Source: a candidate division FCPU426 bacterium | Lineage (GTDB): Bacteria; Oederibacteriota; Muellerivitia; Muellerivitales; Muellerivitaceae | Assembly: GCA_963847625.1 (NCBI GenBank) | Contig: CAWKAR010000029.1 | Span: 27,360-91,359, forward strand | Direction: 5' to 3' | DNA length: 64,000 nucleotides | Part shown: positions 31,834 through 41,640 of the stretch, one piece after another | How the letters are laid out: every line of letters starts with the position of its first letter | Numbering within the stretch: the stretch's first letter is position 1 | Notes under the pieces: generated by a model | Database searches by the model: none | Told to the model about the DNA's origin: nothing | What the model saw: the letters and a program-made list of their open reading frames with translations, nothing else | Translations under genes and position numbers: made by a program

Positions 31834-31919
31834 GCGGAAGTGGCGAAATTGGCAGACGCACTAGATTCAGGTTCATCTAGTGGGCCTTCGTGAGGGCTCC
31901 ACTCACTCCTTCCACACCA
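31834..31919 (+). tRNA. tRNA-Leu(CAG), degenerate/pseudo
   Basis: Canonical 5' half GCGGAAGTGGCGAAATTGGCAGACGCACTAGATTCAGGT; 3 extra nt in the anticodon arm, T loop CTCCACT, stem mismatches, ends CTTCCACACCA. Confidence 0.8.
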
Positions 31920-31982
31920 CGTCTCAAACTTTTATGAAAATCCTTGTGAGACCTTAATTTCATTGTTCCTAGCGCATTTGAG

Positions 31983-32020
31983 AGGCTTCCGGTCGAAAAA
32001 ATTTTTCGCCGGAGGCCTTT
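31983..32020 (+). terminator. Long hairpin / terminator downstream of tRNA-Leu
   Basis: AGGCTTCCGGTCGAAAAA-A-TTTTTCGCCGGAGGCCT then TT. Confidence 0.55.
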
Positions 32021-32030
32021 CTTGCTTCTG

Positions 32031-32060
32031 GCAGTCAGAGGCAGTCAAGGGCAGTCAAAG
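32031..32060 (+). repeat. Three tandem 10-mers GCAGTCARRG
   Basis: gcagtcagag gcagtcaagg gcagtcaaag. Confidence 0.85.
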
Positions 32061-32143
32061 TCGGTAAAAACCGAGTGCGAAAGACTCCCATAAGAAACGG
32101 GTTGGTCAATCCAAATCGTAAAAAAATCTAGTGCGTTCCTGAA

Positions 32144-32250
32144 GACTGAGAAGTGGAACATACACTAGAGTTTCATTCTAGCGAGTCGCTCATGACTGAG
32201 AAGAATCACGTGCGAGTGAGAAGAAAACATACACTAGAGTTATGCTCTAG
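32144..32250 (+). repeat. Two ~37 bp direct repeats, each ending in CTAGA-N7-TCTAG
   Basis: GACTGAGAAGTGGAACATACACTAGAGTTTCATTCTAG (32144-32181) and GAGTGAGAAGAAAACATACACTAGAGTTATGCTCTAG (32214-32250). Confidence 0.85.
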
Positions 32251-32409
32251 TACATTTCACAAGTCAGAATTGAAACACACGCAGTAGATTAGTTCTGAAA
32301 TATGACCCATCCGATCCATAATAGTTTTACGATCTTTTTCACTCCTAAAATTCATAATGAAACTCTTAGTTGTCCAATTCCAATTTGCAATCCCTTTAAT
32401 TTTCGAGAC

Positions 32410-32690
32410 TATGCCAAATCTGTGCCACCGCCTAAGAAGTATCAGAATATCGTTATATAGGAACAACTGAGCGGTAGAGTGCAACCTTGCCAAGGTTAGA
32501 CCCGAATTTGGTTTCCTGTTAAAAATCTTTTGGAAATAAAGTAAAAAATCAATTTTTGTCCCGCTTCCCCGACGATTCATCGCAAAGAAAAAATGCCAGA
32601 AAGTGCCGTAAAATGACAGGGTGTGACAAACTTTCTGTGCCAAATCTGTGCCACATTTTTTTGGGAAGCGCAACCCTTCACGGGTTGCAT
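32410..32690 (+). repeat. att-like site 1: arm motif, degenerate tRNA-Gly(GCC) 5' half (32460-32497), arm block, core-like palindrome
   Basis: GGAACAACTGAGCGGTAGAGTGCAACCTTGCCAAGGTT; TGCCAAATCTGTGCCAC on both sides; 32603-32654 matches 60862-60913 at 49/52. Confidence 0.8.
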
Positions 32691-32803
32691 TCCATACCTT
32701 ATTTTCCTCTCAGAATTTGAGTCGCCCGGGGAGTTGAGACCTAAGGGCGGGTTTAGTACCCCCGTCGGGCTACCAAATTTTCCTTGTAGAACAAGCGTAT
32801 TAG

Positions 32804-34506
32804 CCGGAATTTCCCAGATGACCTTCTCTGAAAACATTGCCGGGTAATTTGTTTCTCATTATATTCCCCCCCCCGCTTCTTCCACCCGTATCCGGAATTT
32901 TCTGGCCCAAGGCCAGCGAAATGAGCCCAAAAAAGGGTTTCTGTGCCCCAAAAAAGTTGAAAATGACCTTCCAGAAAGCCAATTCTCGTTGTGAACGCAC
33001 ACCTATCCCACGATGGTTGATCCGGTTGAAGCCATGAAGTGTTCCTGCGGTTATCGCAGTACTGGCGCTCGCGGCCTTACCATCGCCAGTAGCCTTATCC
33101 GTCCAAGGATTTCAGCAAACAGGCGTTGGGTAACCATCACCTCCGCCATCTGGAAAACCACGTACCGCGAATGGCGGATAACGTTAGCTCCGATTTTGAT
33201 AAGTTTTTCTCGCAACGTCGTCAGCGACCAATGCTTCACCAGTTCTGGCAGGGCTAGACGGCGAAGGAAGTTGCCCAAGTTGTAAGCCAGTGCAAATAGT
33301 TGCAACCTTACTTGGTTGTCCGCGAAGTCGTGGCAGCTTAGTCTTGTCCACTTCATCGCGTACTTTCCCTCCTTGATCCATTGCTCAGCCGTACCTCTTC
33401 CGTTGTAGAACTTCACCACCTGGGGTGCCGGTCGTCGCATGTTCGTCACGATGAAACCCACCCTCGGGAAAAGTTCGCCGTTGTGATGCTCAATCTTCGC
33501 CACCACGCGGCGGGGTTTGTCCCAGCTGACGGCTTGGTATTGGAAGCTGTGATACCGGACAACCGGCTTGTGGGAAGGGCGGCCCACGGGACGGGTCAAA
33601 AATGGCTCAATTTCTCTTTGTAGCACGCCATTGGCGGGTTGGCGGATCGCATAAAGGTATCCTTCGTCTTCTAGGTACTCGTATAGTTCCTGACGGGCGA
33701 AGGCCGCGTCACCCCGGAAAAAACGGCTGATGGAAAGACCCCGATAACGGACAACCACTGGTTCAAGAACCGACCGCCACTCGTGGGCGCTGGCCACATT
33801 GCCGTTGCGCAACATTGCCCGTTCCAAATCGCCAAACTGGTTGAAACAAAACAGGGGATGGTAACAGGTACAGCCGAAGTAACCGTTGTACAAGGAACCT
33901 TCTTGGTCCCCGTAGGTTTCACTCACGGAGCTGTCCATGTCGAGAATAATCTGCTGGATGGGCTTTTTTTCATGGACACCATCAATCCATTGGCCAGATA
34001 GGTCAATCAGACCGGTCTGGTTCTTCGACTGGGTGAGAACTTCCGTCTCGAAACGTCCCATCTGGCTGGTGGAGGCAGCTTGTTTTTCCTTGGCCCGTCC
34101 TCCGATCACATGCCGCATCGCCGGATCAACACTCAATCGTTCTGCGTCGTTGGTGTCCTCGTAACCGGCTAGGCGGCTGTAGATTGATTGCCGCAAAAGC
34201 GCCGTCATCGTATGTTGCGTATTCTTGCCGGTTCGCCGATCCCTCAGAAGGTTTTCCGTTCTGTCAGTCAAACCAAAGGCTTCATCGAGTTCACGATAGG
34301 GAATCAACCCGCCATCGGAAGTGACCTTCGCGCCATGGAACTCCAGCTTGAGACCAGGATCAAAAACCACCCGAAGAGCGTCTTTTCCCCTTTCACCCAT
34401 TGCATTCCCCCCTCTCGTGGTCCCCAAAGTGAAGAAAAACCTTTGTTTGTATGGCCAAACGACGCCTTATTATACTCGAAAGGTAATTTCATCTGGGAAA
34501 TCCGGG
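32804..34506 (-). mobile_element. IS1380-family element, copy 1 (complete)
   Basis: TIRs CCGGAATTTCCCAGATGA / TCATCTGGGAAATCCGGG (16/18); 5 bp TSD ATTAG (32799-32803, 34507-34511). Confidence 0.93.
33051..34427 (-). CDS. IS1380-family transposase
   Basis: TSDGGL, AGYEDTNDA, LDMDSS, RGDAAF, YNGRGTAEQWIKEGK, LAYNL. Confidence 0.95.
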   Translation of the reverse strand: MGTTRGGNAMGERGKDALRVVFDPGLKLEFHGAKVTSDGGLIPYRELDEAFGLTDRTENLLRDRRTGKNTQHTMTALLRQSIYSRLAGYEDTNDAERLSVDPAMRHVIGGRAKEKQAASTSQMGRFETEVLTQSKNQTGLIDLSGQWIDGVHEKKPIQQIILDMDSSVSETYGDQEGSLYNGYFGCTCYHPLFCFNQFGDLERAMLRNGNVASAHEWRSVLEPVVVRYRGLSISRFFRGDAAFARQELYEYLEDEGYLYAIRQPANGVLQREIEPFLTRPVGRPSHKPVVRYHSFQYQAVSWDKPRRVVAKIEHHNGELFPRVGFIVTNMRRPAPQVVKFYNGRGTAEQWIKEGKYAMKWTRLSCHDFADNQVRLQLFALAYNLGNFLRRLALPELVKHWSLTTLREKLIKIGANVIRHSRYVVFQMAEVMVTQRLFAEILGRIRLLAMVRPRAPVLR

Positions 34507-34745
34507 ATTAGAAGCTTGCCTCTCCAAATCTACCCTTGATCTACCTTTTCGGAATGAGTCCTCCAGAATCTTTGGAAAAACATAATGTAGGTACTTATTA
34601 CTTCCCCGTGGGGCTCCTTTTTTCATATGTATACTGAGTTTTTCGAACACTTTTATTTTAAATCCACTCTTGATCTACCTTTTTCATTGTTTCCCGAGTT
34701 AAATACACCTTCAATTCATTGATTCTGTTCACGGCATAAACCCTA

Positions 34746-35189
34746 GTGGGATTTAATCCGTTGGGCTACCAATTTATTGACAAATGGTACCAGGAGCGAT
34801 ACGTTTTTTTAAAAGGTTTTAGGAGTTTTTCTATGGACCGCCTATTAGAAATTGGTTCTATCGTGGACGACTGCCTGACCACTAAAACACTCAACCGTTT
34901 GTACCCCCCTGAAAGGGTTTTGGAAGAGAAGAGTCTTCCTGAAATGGAACGCTTGAACCGAAACCATTTGCTTCATATTGAATTATTGGAAATGGCCGGC
35001 AAAGCATTACGGGGACGGTTTGATCAACCCCTAACAGAGGGGGAAGTGGTTTTTGTTTGCCGCCGACTCGAGACATTTTTAATGGCCCATGGATTTGAGG
35101 TGCTGAATTCAACCAGTAAGTGCAACACCTTGACTAAAGACCTGCTCCGGCGTTTTGAAACGAAGGCACTTGCGAGGACGATGGTTTAG
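34746..35189 (+). CDS. Hypothetical protein with C-terminus replaced by IS30 sequence
   Basis: ORF reads into IS30 at 35102; removing the IS restores ...HGFEVKITL*. Confidence 0.5.
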   Translation: MGFNPLGYQFIDKWYQERYVFLKGFRSFSMDRLLEIGSIVDDCLTTKTLNRLYPPERVLEEKSLPEMERLNRNHLLHIELLEMAGKALRGRFDQPLTEGEVVFVCRRLETFLMAHGFEVLNSTSKCNTLTKDLLRRFETKALARTMV

Positions 35190-36153
35190 GATCCGTTCCA
35201 CGCGTCGTACATTCGCTGGGGTTATAGTAGCAAAATCCGTTTTCTTGGGATAGAAGCGACGAACAAGACCTGCAGTATTTTCAACACAACCTTTCTCCCA
35301 ACTGTGGAAGGGCAAACAAAAGAATGAACGAGTGCCTGAAACACGATTCACCTGGAGATGTTCGACGTTTTCGGAGCCATTGTCGTATGTGATGGTACGG
35401 CGGAGGCCTTTTGAAATCCGAACCAACCGACGGTTGATTGCGGCTCTAGTGTGGAAAGCTGATTTTTGAGGTAGCCAAGCCAGTTTCACCAGACGACTTT
35501 TGCGCTCGACCATAACCAGAAGTGAGGGTTTGCTTTTCCGGGAGATGATGGTGTCGGCCTCCCAGTGCCCGAATTGCTGTCTTGTTTCAACGATAGCTGG
35601 TCGTTGGGTAATGGGAGTACGTTGAGGAATATGGCTTTTGCGATGTTTTTGAGTGTGCCAACGTCGCAAACGTTTTCGATGGGCCCGGGCTAGATGAGGA
35701 ATGAGGTTTCGAGCTTCGCAGTAGATGAATTGATAGATGGCTTCATGGGAAACGGAAAGTTTTGGTTTCTCCCGGCGAAGAAAACCGGCAATTTGCTCGG
35801 GCGAGAGTCCACGAGGTATTTCTCGCAGTACTAAACGGCGAATCTCAGGATTTTTAAGCCTTAAATGAGTACGTGAAAGACGGTTTCGGTGTTCTGCACG
35901 CATGTGAGCTCTGGCGGGCAGGTAGCGGCGAGATCGTATAGGAGGGGCGTTGCGCTTCAGTTCTCGGGAAATGCTGGATACATCACGGCCCAGACGGCGT
36001 GCGATTTCCCGAAGGGAGAGGCCTTCAGCATTCCAAACTGAAATTTCTTCACGTTCGGCTAACGACAGATGCTTGTAGGATGATTTCATAGCACTTAGGA
36101 TAACCCCCGGGTTCTGCCGGGTCTAAGTGTTGCACTTCGTTATTGAACTGGGG
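35102..36153 (-). mobile_element. IS30-family element 1 (complete)
   Basis: Imperfect ~27 bp TIRs sharing AAGTGCAACAC; 3 bp TSD GGT (35099-35101, 36154-36156). Confidence 0.9.
35109..36089 (-). CDS. IS30-family transposase
   Basis: YKHLSLAERE, SISRELKRN, GHWEADT, TYDNGSE, SWEKGCVEN, LNHRPRKCL. Confidence 0.95.
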   Translation of the reverse strand: MKSSYKHLSLAEREEISVWNAEGLSLREIARRLGRDVSSISRELKRNAPPIRSRRYLPARAHMRAEHRNRLSRTHLRLKNPEIRRLVLREIPRGLSPEQIAGFLRREKPKLSVSHEAIYQFIYCEARNLIPHLARAHRKRLRRWHTQKHRKSHIPQRTPITQRPAIVETRQQFGHWEADTIISRKSKPSLLVMVERKSRLVKLAWLPQKSAFHTRAAINRRLVRISKGLRRTITYDNGSENVEHLQVNRVSGTRSFFCLPFHSWEKGCVENTAGLVRRFYPKKTDFATITPANVRRVERILNHRPRKCLRFKTPEQVFSQGVALTG

Positions 36154-36408
36154 GGTTAAGATAACCCTTTAACCTTTTTAATTTTTAAAACTGCACAATT
36201 CCTTTCTGAATTTGACGGTCGTTTATACAAGTTTCCGGATTTTTTTAATAACATCGATTAACTGCAAATACACAATCCGGTTTGTTTTTTAAAATTTCCG
36301 CACAAATAAATTTTACAGCATGGATTGTTTGTTTCAACGCAGGCCTTCGCGCGAATTAAAAATGATTGGATGAAAAAAGCATGAATGAAAGGAAAGGACG
36401 GGAAAGGC

Positions 36409-37020
36409 CTAGGAAAGGTTTTCGGGGTTTAAATAACGCTCCAAGGTCTTGGGACTGACGTCCACGAATGCCGCTATCTTTCTTTTTTGTGATTTTTTTT
36501 GGCCCAGAATTTGTTCCAGGAAAACCCTCGTGAAATCCCGCTTGGCTTGAAATAGTTTGGTATTTTGGTAAAAAGCCTTTTCACTCAATGAATTCGCGAC
36601 ATTACCCAAGTTTGAATAAAGGCATTCCTTGGAAGCCATACCCTCCAGGAAAGTCCTGATCTTTTGTTCGAGAACCGATTTGTCGTCGGCCACATGAAGA
36701 ATATCACGAAACCCAGACTTTAACGCAGTAAGAACATTCGGCAAATCCAAAGCGGAAAATAACGCCAACCGTTCAGCGTTGGGCTGGAAATGATCCATTT
36801 CGGAAATCAGGAAAAGAGACCACTTCCGGTTGGCAATGAGATGCCAATCCAATAACAAGAGGTCATAAGTCCGGCTGGTTAAATCGTGAATGGCGGAATC
36901 GATGTTATCAACAGCGGTGGTTTCTCCGAACGTGGAACAAATGTTTTCAAGGATGGAACGGTAACAAGCATCATCCTCAAGAATAAAAATACTGTGTTTT
37001 CCAGAACCGGTTGGAAGCAT
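36409..37020 (-). CDS. Response regulator, receiver plus Fis-type HTH (no AAA+ domain)
   Basis: ILEDD, LLLDW receiver; AKRDFTRVFLEQIL...IAAFVDVSPKTLERYL HTH. Confidence 0.8.
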   Translation of the reverse strand: MLPTGSGKHSIFILEDDACYRSILENICSTFGETTAVDNIDSAIHDLTSRTYDLLLLDWHLIANRKWSLFLISEMDHFQPNAERLALFSALDLPNVLTALKSGFRDILHVADDKSVLEQKIRTFLEGMASKECLYSNLGNVANSLSEKAFYQNTKLFQAKRDFTRVFLEQILGQKKSQKRKIAAFVDVSPKTLERYLNPENLS

Positions 37021-37042
37021 AAGCTTCTTCCTTAAAGTGATA

Positions 37043-37057
37043 GTGATAATTTATCAC
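37043..37057. promoter_or_regulatory. Operator-like palindrome upstream of the REC-Fis gene
   Basis: Perfect GTGATAA-T-TTATCAC. Confidence 0.45.
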
Positions 37058-37636
37058 AAAAAATGGAGTCCCGAGTTCCATAAGTAAGTGCAACACTTAG
37101 TGTCTGAAGAAGGCCGCATGAATAGGATATGCGGCTATGAAAAAGAAATACAAGCATTTAAGCCGGAATTTCCCAGATGACCTTCTCTGAAAACATTGCC
37201 GGGTAATTTGTTTCTCATTATATTCCCCCCCCCGCTTCTTCCACCCGTATCCGGAATTTTCTGGCCCAAGGCCAGCGAAATGAGCCCAAAAAAGGGTTTC
37301 TGTGCCCCAAAAAAGTTGAAAATGACCTTCCAGAAAGCCAATTCTCGTTGTGAACGCACACCTATCCCACGATGGTTGATCCGGTTGAAGCCATGAAGTG
37401 TTCCTGCGGTTATCGCAGTACTGGCGCTCGCGGCCTTACCATCGCCAGTAGCCTTATCCGTCCAAGGATTTCAGCAAACAGGCGTTGGGTAACCATCACC
37501 TCCGCCATCTGGAAAACCACGTACCGCGAATGGCGGATAACGTTAGCTCCGATTTTGATAAGTTTTTCTCGCAACGTCGTCAGCGACCAATGCTTCACCA
37601 GTTCTGGCAGGGCTAGACGGCGAAGGAAGTTGCCCA

Positions 37637-39010
37637 TGATAAACGTCAGATCATCGATGACTTAATGATACGTCACATCATCGATAACTCCCCAGGAGGG
37701 CTCTTAGCCCTCCTGGGACAACCTCTTTCTACCGCAGTTTGTAATCGTACTCCTCCGCCTTCAAGCCATCATGGAACAGTTCTAGTTTCTGCCTTCGAAC
37801 ATCTACTGTCCCCACTACATACTCATGGGTTAGACTTTTAGGCACTTCGAACATCTCTCCGAACATGTTCAACCGGTGGTTGCTCCGTATCAGCCGAACC
37901 AAGTGGTATTTCCCACTCGTCGGTTTGGACAACGGATGTTGGGGTGGTTGGGTTTCGTAAGGAAATCTCGGCTTCTCCCCCAATCCTTCCAGGGCCTGTA
38001 AAGGCGTCCTGCCCTTGAGCTTGCTGTAGCGGTACCGGCTGTTGTGTTTGTTCTCGAACCCGAGAGATTTCGTCCACAGAGCCTTTCCCGGTCTCAGGTT
38101 CACTTTCCCCAGGAATTTTTGTTCGTAGTGGTCGTTGAACTTTTCCACCACTCCGTTGCGCCAGGGCTCTGCCGGTGGAATGAACCACAATTCAATGCCC
38201 TGATGCAGGCAAAGCCGGATTAAAGGCCCCATTCCCCTCGGATACTTCGGACTTCCATAAAACTCCTCGGCGTTATCCACCTGGAGGTTCTGGGGGATTC
38301 CCAAACGCCTCCAAATGGCCCAGAATGCGTTAAAAACGCTCTGCCCATCCCTTCCCAACGACGGTTGGATTCCACAACGTCCCGTGGCCAGGTCCACTGC
38401 GTTCAAACTGTAAAACCGAGGTCCTCCCAAAAGGTAATTCGCTCCCACCCAGTCCGCTTGCTGCACCTCATTCACAGCATGTCCTGAAAGCTTTGGATAG
38501 GGCGTTCCTTTGGCAAAATACCGCCCCGTCCTTCGATGGGTCAGTTGATTGCGCCTCAGGATTCGGTCCACAGTACTGGGCGATGGAAGCGATTGAATCC
38601 CCAGGTCCGCCAACTCACCCAGTATGGCTTGCGTTCCGCAAAACACCCCCTGGTTGTAGAGTTGGAGACGAACCATCTGAACGGCCTTTTCAATTTCCTC
38701 CTTCGTGCGATCCGGATAGCGTTGCCGGGCTTTCGATCCCTCGACGTACCAAGCCTTTTTTTTTGGTCTTATAACGCTTCAGCCATTTGTAGAGCCAAAA
38801 TTTGGAATGCCCCAAGGCTCTACAGATGGCGGTGGGACTTTCACCCTTTTGGTACTTTTCCACAGCTAAAATGCGTTCTTTTTGCGCTTCCTCCTTCATG
38901 AATACCTCCCTTTCAAGAGATGTTCATGAGTATAATTTTTACTCCTTCTAAAGAGGCAGTCATCAATGATGTGACGTTTTTAACGGTTAGCGATGATCTG
39001 ACGTTTATCA
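37637..39010 (-). mobile_element. IS481-like (integrase-core DDE) element
   Basis: Perfect 20 bp TIR TGATAAACGTCAGATCATCG with inner partial repeats; 5 bp TSD GCCCA (37632-37636, 39011-39015). Confidence 0.9.
37729..38899 (-). CDS. IS481-like transposase, frameshifted at an A9 run (38756-38764)
   Basis: HTH ORF 38690-38899 plus catalytic ORF 37729-38676 (QADW, QVDN, NGVVEKFN); removing one A fuses them. Confidence 0.85.
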
Positions 39011-41640
39011 GCCCAAGTTGTAAGCCAGTGCAAATAGTTGCAACCTTACTTGGTTGTCCGCGAAGTCGTGGCAGCTTAGTCTTGTCCACTTCATCGCGTA
39101 CTTTCCCTCCTTGATCCATTGCTCAGCCGTACCTCTTCCGTTGTAGAACTTCACCACCTGGGGTGCCGGTCGTCGCATGTTCGTCACGATGAAACCCACC
39201 CTCGGGAAAAGTTCGCCGTTGTGATGCTCAATCTTCGCCACCACGCGGCGGGGTTTGTCCCAGCTGACGGCTTGGTATTGGAAGCTGTGATACCGGACAA
39301 CCGGCTTGTGGGAAGGGCGGCCCACGGGACGGGTCAAAAATGGCTCAATTTCTCTTTGTAGCACGCCATTGGCGGGTTGGCGGATCGCATAAAGGTATCC
39401 TTCGTCTTCTAGGTACTCGTATAGTTCCTGACGGGCGAAGGCCGCGTCACCCCGGAAAAAACGGCTGATGGAAAGACCCCGATAACGGACAACCACTGGT
39501 TCAAGAACCGACCGCCACTCGTGGGCGCTGGCCACATTGCCGTTGCGCAACATTGCCCGTTCCAAATCGCCAAACTGGTTGAAACAAAACAGGGGATGGT
39601 AACAGGTACAGCCGAAGTAACCGTTGTACAAGGAACCTTCTTGGTCCCCGTAGGTTTCACTCACGGAGCTGTCCATGTCGAGAATAATCTGCTGGATGGG
39701 CTTTTTTTCATGGACACCATCAATCCATTGGCCAGATAGGTCAATCAGACCGGTCTGGTTCTTCGACTGGGTGAGAACTTCCGTCTCGAAACGTCCCATC
39801 TGGCTGGTGGAGGCAGCTTGTTTTTCCTTGGCCCGTCCTCCGATCACATGCCGCATCGCCGGATCAACACTCAATCGTTCTGCGTCGTTGGTGTCCTCGT
39901 AACCGGCTAGGCGGCTGTAGATTGATTGCCGCAAAAGCGCCGTCATCGTATGTTGCGTATTCTTGCCGGTTCGCCGATCCCTCAGAAGGTTTTCCGTTCT
40001 GTCAGTCAAACCAAAGGCTTCATCGAGTTCACGATAGGGAATCAACCCGCCATCGGAAGTGACCTTCGCGCCATGGAACTCCAGCTTGAGACCAGGATCA
40101 AAAACCACCCGAAGAGCGTCTTTTCCCCTTTCACCCATTGCATTCCCCCCTCTCGTGGTCCCCAAAGTGAAGAAAAACCTTTGTTTGTATGGCCAAACGA
40201 CGCCTTATTATACTCGAAAGGTAATTTCATCTGGGAAATCCGGGTTAAGCGTTGAAGAAAGAGATCATTTATCCGTCTTGAAAGGAAAGGGTCTTAGCCT
40301 TCGAGCCATTTCCCGCGCCTTGAAGAGGTCTCCTTCCACCCTCTCCAGGGAACTCAAGCGCAATGCTCCCCCTATCCGTTCTGGTTATTATCTTTCTCAT
40401 CGAGCCCATCAACGGTATGTTGACCGCAACCAACAACGAGCACGCCGTTTACGCCTGAAAACAAAACGAATTCGTGCCTACGTCCGTCGTCAATTGAAAC
40501 GAGGCTGGTCACCAGAACTCATTTCAGGTCGATTAGGTCACCTACGGCCTAAGCAAACCATTGGTCCTGAAGCTATCTATCAGTGGGTTTACGCTGAAGC
40601 CACTGAGCTGATTCCTTGCCTAGTTCGACACCACCGGCGACGATTCTCATTTGGCCACAGCCGTAAGCACGCCAAAAACCATATCCCAGGCCGTGTTTCC
40701 ATCGATAAGCGCTCCGAGATCGCCAATCAACGCAAGCAATTCGGCCATTGGGAAACCGACACCATGGTCTCTCGTCAGAGTAAAGTGGCTATGCGGGCTC
40801 TCGTCGAGCGTCAAAGCCGTTTTTCCAAGTTGGGAAAGCTCAAACGAAAGACCGCTCGCCAAATGAGTCATAGCCTCAACCGCGCTTTATGCCGCTTCCC
40901 TCAAGACGCCCGCTTGAGTCTGACCTATGACAACGGAACCGAAAACACCAACCACTTGGAAACCAACCACGTGCTTGGTACAAAATCCTTTTTCTGCGCC
41001 CCTTTCCACAGTTGGGAAAAAGGTACTGTGGAAAATACTATCGGTCTTGTCCGCCGCCATTTGCCTAAAAAGACTGATCTTGCTAAAGTGTCCTTCAAAA
41101 AATTCAGGGCCATAGAAAGATGGCTCAATAACAGACCCAGGAAATGTTTGGGCTTTAAAACTCCGGCGGAAGTCTTCCGGCGAAGTGTTGCACTTACTCC
41201 GTGAATTCGGCAGTAATAAACATCGCCCCGCTGACGGTTGGGTGCCTCCTTGCAAAAAAGAAGGCCAGTATTCAAAATTTCCATAACCGCCAAAAAACCA
41301 GATATTTAAGTAAAAGCATGGAATTCCAATATGAAAAACTGCCTAATTTGCGGCTATCTTTTTCGTTTTTTCGGGATATTCCCATCCTATGTGAAAAGAA
41401 AAAATGCATAGTTTTTGATTTACATGGGGCTCATTTGGTAATAAACATTCAGGATGTGAAAAATAAAAACCAAGGGCAAAAATCAGGATTAAAATACGTT
41501 CTCCGCGTTGATTAACCCTTTCAGTGTTTTATCTGATTCGCATGGCGGGTGAAAGGAATCTCTCGAAAAGTCCAATCATCGAATATTAATAATTATAAGA
41601 GCGGGTAACACTATTTAAACAATTCGCGCAGGAAGAACGA

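Larger units (their letters stand above)
37410..40165 (-). pseudogene. IS1380 transposase copy 2, split (39011-40165 + 37410-37636)
   Basis: Translations match copy 1 on both sides of the break at LAYNLG|NFLRR. Confidence 0.93.
37163..40244 (-). mobile_element. IS1380-family element, copy 2, interrupted by an IS481-like element
   Basis: Same TIRs and sequence as copy 1; TSD TTAAG (37158-37162, 40245-40249). Confidence 0.93.
37137..41204 (+). pseudogene. IS30 transposase split in codon 9 (37137-37162 + 40250-41204)
   Basis: Rejoined sequence reads MKKKYKHLSVEERDHLS...GHWETDT...TYDNGTE...SWEKGTVEN...LNNRPRKCL. Confidence 0.92.
37070..41211 (+). mobile_element. IS30-family element 2, interrupted by IS1380 copy 2
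   Basis: TIRs CCGAGTTCCATAAGTAAGTGCAACACT / AGTGTTGCACTTACTCCGTGAATTCGG (22/27); TSD AGT (37067-37069, 41212-41214). Confidence 0.9.

Noticed and set aside
31861..31880. Group I intron or UGA-suppressor tRNA at tRNA-Leu
   Set aside because: Only 3 extra nt, no intron core, and the T arm is degenerate
32031..32250. CRISPR array
   Set aside because: Only two imperfect ~37 bp units plus short tandem 10-mers, no cas genes; better explained as att-related sites
40059..41204. 381 aa ORF as an intact IS30 transposase
   Set aside because: First ~62 aa are antisense IS1380 sequence; the true start is stranded at 37137
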